Origin: a bacterium
Lineage (GTDB): Bacteria > UBA10199 > 2-02-FULL-44-16 > JAAZCA01
Reading direction: 5' to 3'
DNA: 64,000 bases
Assembly: GCA_021810905.1 (NCBI GenBank)
Contig: JAJZQH010000003.1
Location: 1,897 to 65,896, forward strand
The position numbers were made by a program, and so were the translations under genes. Shown here in pieces: positions 27,147 through 39,402 of the stretch; within the stretch, counting starts at the first letter, position 1, and the number at the start of each line of letters is the position of its first letter. Below the pieces are notes generated by a model that was given only the letters and a program-made list of their open reading frames with translations, was not told the DNA's origin and ran no database searches.

Positions 27147-29213
27147 ATGGATATTATTCAGAAAAAATCCCATAAATTTTTTCAAAAGGCGCTCCTCTGG
27201 TCCGCGTTCCTCGATTCGCTCAGGAAGCTCTCGCCCAGGCACCTATTGAGAAATCCGGTCATGCTCGCGGTGGAGCTTGGCAGCGTCGTCACGACCGTGA
27301 ATTTCGTCGTCGGATTTTTTTCCAGACCTGCCGATCCGGCATGGTTCACCGGCCTAGTCTCCGTCTGGCTCTGGCTCACGGTCCTGTTTTCGACTTTCGC
27401 GGAATCGCTCGCCGAGGGCAGAGGCAAGGCCCAGGCCGACTCGCTGCGAAAGACGCGTACGGAGGTAATGGCCAAGAAGTTGAAAAGACCGGAACCCGGC
27501 GCCGAATATTCCCTCGTTCCTTCGGACAAACTCATGAAGGGCGACTTCGTCCTCGTAGAGGCGAACGACCCGATTCCCAGCGACGGCGAAGTGATCGAAG
27601 GCGCCGCGCTCGTGGACGAGTCGGCCGTCACCGGGGAATCGGCGCCGGTCGTGCGCGAATCGGGCGGGGACCGGAGCGCCGTCACAGGCGGCACCAAGGT
27701 CATCTCCAACCACATCATCGTGCGCATAACGGTGGACCCCGGTGAGACGTTCCTCGACAGGATGATATGCATGGTCGAGGGCGCGAAAAGGCGCAAGACG
27801 CCGAACGAAGTCGCGCTCGAAGCGCTCCTCCTCGCAATCACCGTGGTCTTTCTGCTCGTCGTGGTGAATCTCAATCCGCTCTCCGCGTACAGCGCGCACG
27901 TGGCCGGCCGCGGTAGCGCGGTCTCGCTCACGGTGCTCGTCGCGCTCTTCGTCTGTCTCGCGCCGACTACCATCGCTGCGCTGCTGCCGGCTATCGGCAT
28001 CGCCGGAATGGATCGCCTCTTTCAGCGCAACGTGATAGCGCTCTCAGGCAAGGCGATCGAGGCCGCGGGAGACGTGAACGTGCTTCTGCTCGACAAAACC
28101 GGCACGATCACGCTCGGCAACCGGCAGGCGGTGGAATTCACGCCGCTCGGCGAGCACACCGATCACGAAGTCGCGGAGGCGTCGCTCATGGCGTCTCTCA
28201 CGGACGAGACGCCCGAGGGCCGAAGCATCGTCGTGCTCGCAAAGCAGAAGTACAATCTGCGCATGCACGAGATGCCTGCTGGAGCCCGCTCCATCCCGTT
28301 CACCGCGCAGAATCGGATGAGCGGCATCGACGTCGACGGGCAGTCTTATCGCAAGGGTGCGCCCGACTCTATCGCAAAGAGCATCGCGAGTCAGGGAAAG
28401 TCCGTACCCGATGGGCTGGATCGCTGCCTCGCGGATATAGAGGGCACCGGTGGCACACCGCTGGTCGTGATGAAAAATGACGAAGTCATCGGCGTGATCC
28501 ACTTGAAGGACATCGTCAAGGGTGGAATCCAGGAGAGATTCGCGGCGCTGCGCAAGATGGGGATCATGACGACGATGATCACCGGCGACAGCTACCTCAC
28601 CGCAGCCACTATCGCTGCCGAGGCCGGCGTGGACGATTTCCAGGCGCAGGCTAAGCCGGAGCAGAAGCTGCACTGGATACGCGGCTATCAGGCCAACGGA
28701 TACATGGTCGCCATGACAGGCGACGGAACGAACGACGCGCCGGCGCTCGCGCAGGCGGACGTCGCCGTTGCGATGAACACGGGCACGCAGGCCGCACGCG
28801 AGGCCGCCAACATCATCGACCTCGATTCCAATCCCACCAAGCTCATGGATATCGTGGAGATCGGAAAGCAGCTGCTCATGACGAGGGGCTCGCTCACCAC
28901 GTTCAGCATCGCCAACGACATTGCAAAATACTTCGCCATCATCCCCGCGGCGCTCTTCACCATCTATCCGCAACTGGGCGTGCTTGGACTGATGCGCCTG
29001 GCTAACCCGCATACGGCGATACTCTCCGCGGTCATTTTCAACGCGATCGTTATACCGCTGCTCATACCGCTGGCGCTCAAGGGCGTGAAATACCGGCCGA
29101 TGCCCGCGGAGAAGCTTTTGATCTACAACCTGCTCGTCTTCGGTGCGGGCGGCATAATCGCGCCGTTCATAGGCATAAAGCTTATCGACATGGCGATATC
29201 GCTGTTCGTTTGA
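27147..29213 (+). CDS. kdpB: Potassium-transporting P-type ATPase subunit KdpB
   Basis: ORF 27132..29213. ATG 27147 is preferred (GGAG 9 nt upstream). P-type motifs DKTGTIT, TGDS and [17 protein letters not shown]. Confidence 0.93.
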   Translation: MDIIQKKSHKFFQKALLWSAFLDSLRKLSPRHLLRNPVMLAVELGSVVTTVNFVVGFFSRPADPAWFTGLVSVWLWLTVLFSTFAESLAEGRGKAQADSLRKTRTEVMAKKLKRPEPGAEYSLVPSDKLMKGDFVLVEANDPIPSDGEVIEGAALVDESAVTGESAPVVRESGGDRSAVTGGTKVISNHIIVRITVDPGETFLDRMICMVEGAKRRKTPNEVALEALLLAITVVFLLVVVNLNPLSAYSAHVAGRGSAVSLTVLVALFVCLAPTTIAALLPAIGIAGMDRLFQRNVIALSGKAIEAAGDVNVLLLDKTGTITLGNRQAVEFTPLGEHTDHEVAEASLMASLTDETPEGRSIVVLAKQKYNLRMHEMPAGARSIPFTAQNRMSGIDVDGQSYRKGAPDSIAKSIASQGKSVPDGLDRCLADIEGTGGTPLVVMKNDEVIGVIHLKDIVKGGIQERFAALRKMGIMTTMITGDSYLTAATIAAEAGVDDFQAQAKPEQKLHWIRGYQANGYMVAMTGDGTNDAPALAQADVAVAMNTGTQAAREAANIIDLDSNPTKLMDIVEIGKQLLMTRGSLTTFSIANDIAKYFAIIPAALFTIYPQLGVLGLMRLANPHTAILSAVIFNAIVIPLLIPLALKGVKYRPMPAEKLLIYNLLVFGAGGIIAPFIGIKLIDMAISLFV

Positions 29214-29223
29214 GGTGAATGAA

Positions 29224-29811
29224 ATGCGAAGAATAAAAACCGCACTGATCCTCTTTGCGCTGCTGGCGATAATAACCGGCGGAATCTATCCGGCGATCGT
29301 TACGCTCGTCGCGCGAACGGCGTTTCCCGCTGCGGCACGCGGCAGCCTGATCTTTGATGCCGGCGGCAACGTGCTCGGTTCCTCGCTCATCGGTCAGCAA
29401 TTCTCGGATGCGAAATACTTCTGGCCGCGGCCATCGTCCACGGCGGATCATCCGTACAACGCGATGGCCTCCGGCGGCTCGCAGCTCGGGCCCACCAATC
29501 CCGAACTCGCCCGCGAAGTATCGGAGAGGATTGACGCGCTGAAGGCCGCCGGCGTCTCCGCGCCCTTTCCTTCGGATCTCGTGACTTCGTCCGCAAGCGG
29601 TCTCGATCCGCACATCTCGCCTGAAGCGGCGCTGGTACAGATACCCCGCGTAGCAAAGGCGCGCGGAATGAACGAAGATGATATTCGCTCGATCGTCTTT
29701 AGAATGATCGAGGATCGGGCGCTGGGATTTATCGGAGCGCCGCGCGTCAACGTGCTTCAGCTCAATATCAAGCTGGGCGACATGGAAGGCAAAGCTTATG
29801 GGAAACGATGA
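29224..29811 (+). CDS. kdpC: Potassium-transporting ATPase subunit KdpC
   Basis: ORF 29215..29811 (GTG in the track). ATG 29224 lies behind GAGGTGA. KdpC motifs GSSLIGQ.F, SGGSQLGPTNP and SASGLDPHISP. Confidence 0.9.
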   Translation: MRRIKTALILFALLAIITGGIYPAIVTLVARTAFPAAARGSLIFDAGGNVLGSSLIGQQFSDAKYFWPRPSSTADHPYNAMASGGSQLGPTNPELAREVSERIDALKAAGVSAPFPSDLVTSSASGLDPHISPEAALVQIPRVAKARGMNEDDIRSIVFRMIEDRALGFIGAPRVNVLQLNIKLGDMEGKAYGKR

Positions 29812-31729
29812 AGAGAGAAGGCCTGAACCCGAATCGCTATTGGAGCTATCTCGCGAGGAAGAGGGAAAGGATCGCGGCAAGCTCACGATTTATTTCGGCG
29901 CCGCGCCCGGCGTGGGAAAGACCTACTCCATGCTCTCCGACGCCAGGTTGAAGAAGAGGGACGGCGTGGACGTGTTGGTCGGCTACTACGAAGCCCACGC
30001 GCGCCCCGAAACTGAGGCGCTGCTTGAAGGCCAGGAAATAATACCGCCGAGGAAGATTGAATATCGCGGCATGGCTCTCAAGGAGATGGACCTGGAGGCC
30101 ATACTCAAGCGCAAACCCGCGCTCGTGCTCGTGGACGAGCTCGCGCACACTAACGCGCCGGAGTCGCGGCACGTCAAGCGCTACCAGGACGTGGAGGAGC
30201 TTTTGGACGCGGGCATCGACGTCTATGCCACGCTCAACGTCCAACACCTGGAGAGTGTCAGCGACCTCATCTTCCAGATCGCGGGCATCCGCGTGCAGGA
30301 AAAAATTCCGGATACGATCTTTCAGTCCGCCGACGAGGTGAAGCTAGTCGATCTCCCCTACGAGGAGCTGCTCCAGCGGCTCAACGAAGGGAAGGTCTAC
30401 GTGAAAGGGATGGCCGAAGAGGCGCTCCGCCGCTTCTTCCAGCCGAGCAATCTCCTCGCGCTCAGACAGATGGCCATGCGCCTCTCGGCGGGACGCGTTG
30501 ACGAGCGCATGCGCATCTACATGCGCGCTCACGCGATCGCGGGGCCCTGGCCCATCTCCGAACGAATACTCGTGAGCGTCTATGCGAGCCCGTATGCGGA
30601 GCGGCTCGTGCGCTCCACGTTCAGGCTCGCATCCGAAATGAACGCGGAATGGGCGGCTATCTACGTGGAAGGCCCGGAGCACGCCCGCCTCTCGGACGAA
30701 GAAAAACGCTGGCTCGAAAACGCGATGGACATCGCGCGCAAGCTGGGCGCGCAGATCGTCTGGACAAAAGGCGACGATCCGGCCGACGAGATCTCCCGCT
30801 ACGCGCAGAACAACAACGTCACCAAGATCGTCATGGGAAAACCCGGGAGGCTCTGGTTCTTCCCCACCATCGTGCGCAAGATCATGTACCGCACCCGCAA
30901 CATCGACATCTTTCTCTTTGCGAGCGAAGGGAAGGACGAGGTCCGTCCGATTCGCGCGAAGCGGCGGCGCGGTTTCAAACTCCGCAATTATCTTTTGGGC
31001 CTTCTCTCCGTTGCTATCGTATCGGGCATCGGCTTTATGCTGAGGGATGTGATCGGTGAGATGAACATCCTCTTCATGATGCTGCTTCCGGTAATCTGGA
31101 CCGCCATCTACCTCGGGAGGGGCGCTTCGATCATAACGGCTCTGGCAAGCATTGTGGCGTTCGATTTCCTCTTCGTCCACCCCTACTACACCTTTACGGT
31201 CCACGAGATCGGAGACATGATTTCATTTTCAGTGTACCTGATCGTCGCCGTTGTCATCAGCAACCTCGCTTCCAAGCTGCGCTACAGGGTTGGTCTGCTC
31301 GCGCAGAGCGAATCGCGCAGCGTAGCGCTATGCGACGCGAGCAGACATCTCGTCACCGCGCGAAACGTGGATCAGGTACTCTCCCTTCTCATCAACCGCG
31401 TGAAGGCGATCCTTCCGTGCGAGGTCGCGATACTGCTTCCCAGCGGCGCACAGCTCTCGGTGGAGGCGGCGACGCCCGAATTCAAGATCGATCAGAAGGA
31501 GCTCTCCGTCGCAACGTGGGTATGGCTGAACGGCAAGAACGCGGGACAGGCCACCGAGACCCTGCCGCAAGCATGGGCCCACTACCTGCCGATGAGGACG
31601 TCCGACGGGATCAAGGGCGTGCTGGGCGTGCACCTCGACGATCCAAAGGAATTCCTGACGCCCGAGAACGACGCAGTGCTCGACGCGCTAGCGGGCCTCG
31701 GAGCGACGGCGATAGAGAGGATAGGGTAA
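29798..31729 (+). CDS. kdpD: KdpD sensor N-terminal portion only (KdpD/Usp domains, 4 TM, GAF-like); no HisKA/HATPase
   Basis: ORF 29798..31729. KLTIYFGAAPGVGKTYSML, a Usp-like middle part and four hydrophobic helices. The GAF-like end ...ALAGLGATAIERIG* terminates where the DHp helix normally starts. Confidence 0.8.
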   Translation: MGNDEERRPEPESLLELSREEEGKDRGKLTIYFGAAPGVGKTYSMLSDARLKKRDGVDVLVGYYEAHARPETEALLEGQEIIPPRKIEYRGMALKEMDLEAILKRKPALVLVDELAHTNAPESRHVKRYQDVEELLDAGIDVYATLNVQHLESVSDLIFQIAGIRVQEKIPDTIFQSADEVKLVDLPYEELLQRLNEGKVYVKGMAEEALRRFFQPSNLLALRQMAMRLSAGRVDERMRIYMRAHAIAGPWPISERILVSVYASPYAERLVRSTFRLASEMNAEWAAIYVEGPEHARLSDEEKRWLENAMDIARKLGAQIVWTKGDDPADEISRYAQNNNVTKIVMGKPGRLWFFPTIVRKIMYRTRNIDIFLFASEGKDEVRPIRAKRRRGFKLRNYLLGLLSVAIVSGIGFMLRDVIGEMNILFMMLLPVIWTAIYLGRGASIITALASIVAFDFLFVHPYYTFTVHEIGDMISFSVYLIVAVVISNLASKLRYRVGLLAQSESRSVALCDASRHLVTARNVDQVLSLLINRVKAILPCEVAILLPSGAQLSVEAATPEFKIDQKELSVATWVWLNGKNAGQATETLPQAWAHYLPMRTSDGIKGVLGVHLDDPKEFLTPENDAVLDALAGLGATAIERIG

Positions 31730-31765
31730 TGAAGAGTGTCGTTTCCTGCTTTCCCCGTAGGTCCG

Positions 31766-33244
31766 TCATCGCGGCAGGTAGCGGAGGATCGCGTCCTCAA
31801 AGTGCGGCAGATAGTCGTCGAGCCTCATCGGCGCGTCGCGATGTGTGACCTCGCGCATGAACCTGAGCGAAGGGCAGGCGTCTCTCTTCCAGGGCGAGAT
31901 GCCGACGCCATCGTCGCGGTCAAAGTCAAAATCCTCCAAGTCGATCGCGTCCGCGAGCCGCGCGCGCAGCGCCGTTCCCGGATAGGGCATGAGCGCCTGC
32001 ACCGAGAGGCCCACCTCCATTTCCGGCGTCGAGAGATCGAGAAACTCCCGCATATCGTCCAGCATCGCCAACGCGGAATCGCGCGTCATAAAGGGCGTTG
32101 TGATATAGGAGAGCGTGAGTTTCCGGGGGACGGCGGCGCTCGCCTTCCGTCGGCGCAGAAGCATGGCTCCGATGAAATTGCGCAACGCGGTTTTCTCCTC
32201 GTCGAGCGTGTGCTGATCCTTGATCTTTCCAAGGTATTTCGTCCCGATCACCCGCGCGTCCTCTTCCAACACGGCGTCACGGCCGGCGTAGAAATACCAG
32301 CAGCCGTACCTCTCAGCTCTCTCGACGACGCGATAAAAATTCTTCAGGAGCGCCGACGGATCGAGATAGACCGCCTTGAGCGAGCGATCCTCGCCTTCAA
32401 TCCTGTCGAAAATTTCGCGATAGAAGTCGTCGAGGTGCGGTAAGAACGGATTGGAATCCGTGAGAGAGAACGTGTGCACGCCCTCCCGGAGCATGGCCCC
32501 GAGCCCACACGCCACGATGTCAACCGTCAGATTCGGAGGCCGTCTCCCCGTGATGAAGCAGAAGTCGCACCCGTTACGGCACTGATCTGCAAGCATCGTG
32601 ATCACCTCTCCTTCGCCCGCGTCACCGCTGGAGGGGAGCCTCCCGACGCGAGGATAGAACCCTGTGCCGCGGCCCACGACCTTGTGATATACAGGATCGA
32701 GCTGATAAAAGCCGGGTGTCGTGACATCCTCTCTCCTGCCCCGGTGCTTGACGACGAGATCCACGAATCCCTGTGCATGTCCGCACACTGCCGCATCGGC
32801 CAACCCCATGCCGAGCGCCGCCTCGACCGGATCCGCGAATCCGGCGATCCGTTCGCGCACGACGTGCGCTCCGCCGAGGACGATCTGGACGCCGGGAAAG
32901 GCCCGCCTGAGCAGCGGCGAAAGCACGGCAAGGACGTGGTAACGGCTCGATGTCGTGGAGATGCCCATGACCGCGCCCGACTCCGCGGCGCCCGCGCTCC
33001 GGAACGCATCGACGACGGCGCTGCTGCCGCCGGAGAGGTCATAGGGCCGGGATGCGTGGGGCTTCAGGATCACGGCGTCTTTGAACCCCTCAGTGATCAG
33101 GGCCTCTTTTATGGTTTCGAGCCCGAGGTGTTCGGAGGCGGCATCCGCGGGCCTCGCAGGGTCCAGCTCAAAATCGCCGGTCGAGGCGAGGATCACCGAA
33201 CTCACATCCGGCTGCGGCATGATGATGGCAGGGGCCATGGGCAT
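31766..33244 (-). CDS. Radical SAM protein with N-terminal Rossmann/B12-binding-like domain (paralog 2)
   Basis: ORF 31766..33244. CRNGCDFC. Collinear similarity to 23696..25210 along the whole length. Same C-terminal LPR. Confidence 0.7.
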   Translation of the reverse strand: MPMAPAIIMPQPDVSSVILASTGDFELDPARPADAASEHLGLETIKEALITEGFKDAVILKPHASRPYDLSGGSSAVVDAFRSAGAAESGAVMGISTTSSRYHVLAVLSPLLRRAFPGVQIVLGGAHVVRERIAGFADPVEAALGMGLADAAVCGHAQGFVDLVVKHRGRREDVTTPGFYQLDPVYHKVVGRGTGFYPRVGRLPSSGDAGEGEVITMLADQCRNGCDFCFITGRRPPNLTVDIVACGLGAMLREGVHTFSLTDSNPFLPHLDDFYREIFDRIEGEDRSLKAVYLDPSALLKNFYRVVERAERYGCWYFYAGRDAVLEEDARVIGTKYLGKIKDQHTLDEEKTALRNFIGAMLLRRRKASAAVPRKLTLSYITTPFMTRDSALAMLDDMREFLDLSTPEMEVGLSVQALMPYPGTALRARLADAIDLEDFDFDRDDGVGISPWKRDACPSLRFMREVTHRDAPMRLDDYLPHFEDAILRYLPR

Positions 33245-33341
33245 ACGGCATTGTTATCGACCGAACCGCAAAATGGTTGCGATGTTTTTTAATGTCCTCT
33301 AGGAAAGATGCTTCTCGAAACCAGTCGAAGGAGAGACTCAC

Positions 33342-33770
33342 ATGACAAGCACATCTGGAAGGATCATCGCCGTCATCACCATCGCCCTCATCGGGCTCTG
33401 CATCTCGCTGGAGCTCTCTGCCAAGGCCCCGGCCGCGGCGGCAGCCGCGCCCAAGGCGCTCTCCATCAAACGCAACATGAAGATCGACGACTGCGCCGCG
33501 CGAGGCATAGTGCAGGATCAAATCCTCTTTATCTACTCTCACTCCTGCCCTTACTGCAAAGAGGCGCTGCCGATCGTCGAACGGGTCGTGAAGAATCACT
33601 CGCTTGAATCGCGATACGTGCCCGTCGACACCCTGACGGACGAGGGGCAGGACAAACTCGCCGGATGGGGCATAGAGGCCTCATACGTCCCGCTCTTGAT
33701 CAAGGATTGCCGCGCCTACGTAGGCTCAAGGGATGAAAAGGAATACGAGCGCATCCTCACGGGCAAATAG
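33342..33770 (+). CDS. Membrane-anchored/secreted thioredoxin-fold protein (CPYC)
   Basis: ORF 33342..33770 with AAGGAGAG RBS. N-terminal hydrophobic helix. Redox motif SHSCPYCKEA. Confidence 0.7.
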   Translation: MTSTSGRIIAVITIALIGLCISLELSAKAPAAAAAAPKALSIKRNMKIDDCAARGIVQDQILFIYSHSCPYCKEALPIVERVVKNHSLESRYVPVDTLTDEGQDKLAGWGIEASYVPLLIKDCRAYVGSRDEKEYERILTGK

Positions 33771-33806
33771 CGTGAGGATGGTTCGTATTCAAAAGCTTGC
33801 AGTCCC

Positions 33807-35480
33807 TCACTGCACGTCGTCGATCGTCTGGATCGGGATCGGGGTGAATGATATCGGCGGCGATGTCAGTTTGTAATCGCTCAGGCAGCTCCAGACCTCC
33901 GGCCGATCGGGAAGTACGTTCGCCGGCGGCAATATATATGGGGAGTTCAGATTGAGAGCCGGTTCCTGTCCCTGCATCTTGACTATCGGCAGGTTCTTCT
34001 GAAGCAATAATTTATATGCCCAATTCGGAACGGAATTAATTTTTTTGGCTGCCGGCTCGAGTGCCACGTTCTGGTTCAGGAGTTGCACCCTCTCTAACAG
34101 TTTTAAAAGTAAATATTTGTGCGGCAGGCAGCCATAGTGAACGAGGTCACTGCCATCCACGAAGATGTCGTGAGGCTGAGGCACATAAACAGCGTAATTC
34201 TTAGCACCTGAATAGACCACGATTGCGGGAATATTGATGCTGCGCAACATATGCGCGAGGAAATGGCTGGACGTTGCGTCGTCTCCTGCTCGCATGGCGA
34301 AAACGAGCTCAAGAGGGGCGTTCAGCGCTCGATCATCCGGACTTGCATACTTATTACTCTGATCAGCGCTATAGTTGCCGCTCTTCTGCACTTGCGAGCA
34401 GTAACTCCTGCCAGGATTGAACTGCTTATATTCCGGCGATATACCCACATAATAGCCGGAATCGGTCATCGTAATATCACCGCCTTGCCCGTGAAGAGCT
34501 ACCTGCGGGTCCACCCATGTGACCTCTTTTTCGATGATGCCCCTTGCGGTCGCGATCACCGGATCTTGCTGATTCAACGCACTGAGCGTCACGGGGAATA
34601 TCTTGTAGGTGTTGAAACCAGCGCCGCGGCAGACCCAGGAACCTTCATCGCTGGTGAATTTCGTATACAGTAGATCAGGCAGTCCAATCACCTTCTTTGA
34701 AGGAATCTGCTTGTTCCACTGATATCCATCGGGGATATTGTTGAAGAAGAAATCGACGAGAGTTGGGTCCCACGTCTTGATAGACCATGGCAATATGACC
34801 GCAGCCTCGACCCAGAACGCGTGTACGATAGAGACGATCCGCTGCCTGCACATCATGTCCTCGGTTCCGCACTTGGCGTCCAATGCCGCGTCGAATGCCG
34901 CTTGTTTGTCACTCGCCTTGTCGAATGGGTTGTACGTGAGGAACAGATCGCGAACGAGATCCAGCGTGCCTTCGGAAGTCAGTTGGGCCTTGAGATTGCT
35001 GAGATTGGAATAAGCGATGATTTCATCAAATTTGCCGTTCATCCACGCATCGTGATCCGCGGCAACTGCCTCAGGTCTGATAAACGCATTCCCCTGATTT
35101 TGCTGGATGAACTGGGCATAACCAAGATTGATTTTGTTGAACGAATGTATTGACGGCGGAGTGACGTTCACCTGCTGATCCACGCAGTGGTTATTCGCAT
35201 CGCATACCTGAGGAGCCGTGCACGTTCCGCACGAGGCGATCGTGCCGCCGCATTCGTCGGGAATATTGTCGCCGCACGTATAGCCCAGGTCCGCGCAGGT
35301 CTTTGGCACGCAACTCTCTGTGGGCGCCGGAGTGGCTTCAGGCAGTTCGCTCACGGTCGGCTCGTTACCAGCGCCGGCAGGCGTTCCCTCCCCGCCGCCG
35401 CTGCAGCCGATCACACCGGCTACGACGAGCGCGATGCAGATGATGAGTGAACCAGCGTATATTGAATATAGTTTCTTCAT
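33807..35480 (-). CDS. Lipoprotein with N-terminal Cys-rich repeat, otherwise unknown
   Basis: ORF 33807..35507. Start moved to ATG 35480 (MKKLYSIYAG...VIGCSGG lipobox) behind AGGAGG. Cys-rich module CVPKTCADLGYTCGDNIPDECGGTIASCGTCTAPQVCDANNHC. Confidence 0.7.
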   Translation of the reverse strand: MKKLYSIYAGSLIICIALVVAGVIGCSGGGEGTPAGAGNEPTVSELPEATPAPTESCVPKTCADLGYTCGDNIPDECGGTIASCGTCTAPQVCDANNHCVDQQVNVTPPSIHSFNKINLGYAQFIQQNQGNAFIRPEAVAADHDAWMNGKFDEIIAYSNLSNLKAQLTSEGTLDLVRDLFLTYNPFDKASDKQAAFDAALDAKCGTEDMMCRQRIVSIVHAFWVEAAVILPWSIKTWDPTLVDFFFNNIPDGYQWNKQIPSKKVIGLPDLLYTKFTSDEGSWVCRGAGFNTYKIFPVTLSALNQQDPVIATARGIIEKEVTWVDPQVALHGQGGDITMTDSGYYVGISPEYKQFNPGRSYCSQVQKSGNYSADQSNKYASPDDRALNAPLELVFAMRAGDDATSSHFLAHMLRSINIPAIVVYSGAKNYAVYVPQPHDIFVDGSDLVHYGCLPHKYLLLKLLERVQLLNQNVALEPAAKKINSVPNWAYKLLLQKNLPIVKMQGQEPALNLNSPYILPPANVLPDRPEVWSCLSDYKLTSPPISFTPIPIQTIDDVQ

Positions 35481-35671
35481 GGCAATCCTCCTGGGCAAAA
35501 ACTTCACAATGCTTATAATACAGCAAAGGACGTGCCATTGCGGCAGAAAAAAAAGACAACTGTAATATCAGCAGGTTGTAGAACTCTCGACCCTGGCGGG
35601 ATCACCATCAAATTGAGAATCAGGGCTGCCGGCATTGGATTTTTGACTGATAAATCGGACCGCTCTTCGCC

Positions 35672-37516
<1,845 letters not shown>

Positions 37517-37553
37517 GGATTAAAGTACGGGCAAACTTCGCTCTTCGTCTCCA

Positions 37554-39203
37554 TCACTTTGCGGATGCCACGGCATGGTTGACTATGGCCTGCGCCTCCT
37601 GCTGGATGCGGCGCAGGTGTTCCTCTCCGCGGAAGCTCTCGGCGTAGATCTTGTAGATATTTTCAGTGCCCGACGGACGAGCCGCGAACCACCCGCTCTC
37701 GGCTATCACCTTGAGCCCGCCTATCGGCGCATCGTTGCCCGGCGCGTTCGTGAGGATCTTCTCTATCTTCTCGCCAGCCAGTTCGCCGAGCTTCACCTCA
37801 CGCGGAGAAAGCTTCTTGAGCAGGGCCTTCTGCGCGGGCGTGGCGGGTGCGTCGATGCGGTCGTAGAGCGGTTCGCCGAACTCGCGCGTGAGCTCGCGAT
37901 AGAGCTCGCCGGGGTCGCGCCCCTCTTTCGCCGTCATCTCAGCAGCGAGCAGCGCGGGGATCATTCCGTCCTTGTCAGTGCTCCACGCCCCGCCGTCCAT
38001 TCTCAAAAACGACGCGCCGGCGCTCTCCTCGCCGCCGAAGCCGAGCGAGCCGCCCTGCAGCCCGTCCACGAACCACTTGAAGCCGACCGGAGTCTCGTAG
38101 AGTTTGCGGCCGACCTTTGCAGTCACGCGGTCGATCATGCTGCTCGACACCACGGTCTTGCCCACTGCGGCGTCCTTTCGCCAATTGGGTCTGTTCCTGA
38201 AGAGGTATGAGACCATCACCGCGAGGTATTGGTTCGGCTGCATGAGGCCCGCGCTGCGCGTGACTATGCCGTGCCTGTCGTGATCGGTGTCGCATGCGAA
38301 TGCGATGGCGAAGCGATCCTTGAGTCCGATGAGCCTCTGCATCGTATAGGGAGACGAGGGATCCATGCGGATCTTGCCGTCCCAGTCGACTGTCATGAAA
38401 CCGAACGTCGGGTCCACCACTTCGCTTACGACCGTGAGATCGATCTTGTATCGCTCCGCGATCTGCGCCCAGTAGTGCACGCCCGCGCCGCCAAGCGGGT
38501 CCACTCCCATCTTGATGCCTGCAGCGCGAATTGCCTCCATGTCGATTACGTTTGCGAGGTCATTAGTATATGCGTCTATGTAATCGTACCTGTGCGTGGT
38601 TGCCGCGTGAAGGGACTTCTCGAACGTAATTCTCTTCACTTCCGCAAGCCCGTTTCCAAGAATCTCGTTCGCCTTTGCCTCGATCCACCCGGTAATTGTC
38701 GGATCCGCTGGTCCACCATTCGGCGGATTGTACTTGAAGCCGCCATCAGAGGGAGGATTGTGCGATGGAGTGATCACAATGCCGTCCGCAAGTCCCGTAG
38801 TGCGGCCGCGGTTGTATGTCAGTATGGCGTGGGAGATGGCGGGCGTCGGCGTGTATTCGTCCTTGTCGGAGACCATCGTCTCCACGCCGTTTGCCGCCAG
38901 CACCTCCAGCGCGGTTGCAAACGCGGGCGCCGAGAGAGCGTGCGTATCGACTCCGATGTAGAGCGGGCCGCCGATGTCGTTTTTCCTGCGATACATGCAG
39001 ATCGCCTGCGTGACCGCGAGGATGTGAGACTCGTTGAAGGATCTCTCGAACGACGATCCGCGATGACCGGAGGTCCCGAACAAAACCCTCTGCGCCGCAA
39101 TCTGCGGGTCGGGCTTCTCGGTGTAATATGCAGTGATGAGCTTCGGGATATCCACGAGCATCGACTGCGAAACCGGTTTTCCTGCGAGAGGGCTGACGTT
39201 CAT
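37554..39203 (-). CDS. pgm: Phosphoglucomutase (alpha-D-glucose phosphate-specific)
   Basis: ORF 37554..39215. ATG 39203 is preferred (GGAG upstream). Active-site TPSHNPP, GVDPLGGA, ACDTDHDRHG and GGEESAG. Confidence 0.92.
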   Translation of the reverse strand: MNVSPLAGKPVSQSMLVDIPKLITAYYTEKPDPQIAAQRVLFGTSGHRGSSFERSFNESHILAVTQAICMYRRKNDIGGPLYIGVDTHALSAPAFATALEVLAANGVETMVSDKDEYTPTPAISHAILTYNRGRTTGLADGIVITPSHNPPSDGGFKYNPPNGGPADPTITGWIEAKANEILGNGLAEVKRITFEKSLHAATTHRYDYIDAYTNDLANVIDMEAIRAAGIKMGVDPLGGAGVHYWAQIAERYKIDLTVVSEVVDPTFGFMTVDWDGKIRMDPSSPYTMQRLIGLKDRFAIAFACDTDHDRHGIVTRSAGLMQPNQYLAVMVSYLFRNRPNWRKDAAVGKTVVSSSMIDRVTAKVGRKLYETPVGFKWFVDGLQGGSLGFGGEESAGASFLRMDGGAWSTDKDGMIPALLAAEMTAKEGRDPGELYRELTREFGEPLYDRIDAPATPAQKALLKKLSPREVKLGELAGEKIEKILTNAPGNDAPIGGLKVIAESGWFAARPSGTENIYKIYAESFRGEEHLRRIQQEAQAIVNHAVASAK

Positions 39204-39287
39204 TTTTGGCTCCATTATGTACGGGGACCTCTAAGAACCGTCCAGATGCAAGGCGCCCGACTGAGGCCGGCCGAGTCAGACAAGGCG

Positions 39288-39313
39288 GGAAAACTTCTGC
39301 CAGATGGCAGAAG
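39288..39313 (-). terminator. Rho-independent terminator after the thaumatin-like gene
   Basis: Stem CTTCTGCCA (39294-39302) / TGGCAGAAG (39305-39313). The minus strand continues with TTTT. Confidence 0.6.
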
Positions 39314-39402
39314 GCAAACCGCCGCGTCAGTTATCAATCGCCCGCCGCAGGCCGTGCCGATGGAGGGCAACGCAGCAGATGGGCGGTTATTAGAGGTTCC
39401 CC

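Noticed and set aside
26288-31204. Long minus-strand ORFs across kdpA/B/D (26288..27148, 27182..28000, 28044..29012, 29182..29886, 30344..31204)
   Set aside because: They are antisense to the well-supported kdp genes, and their products are Arg/His-rich nonsense.
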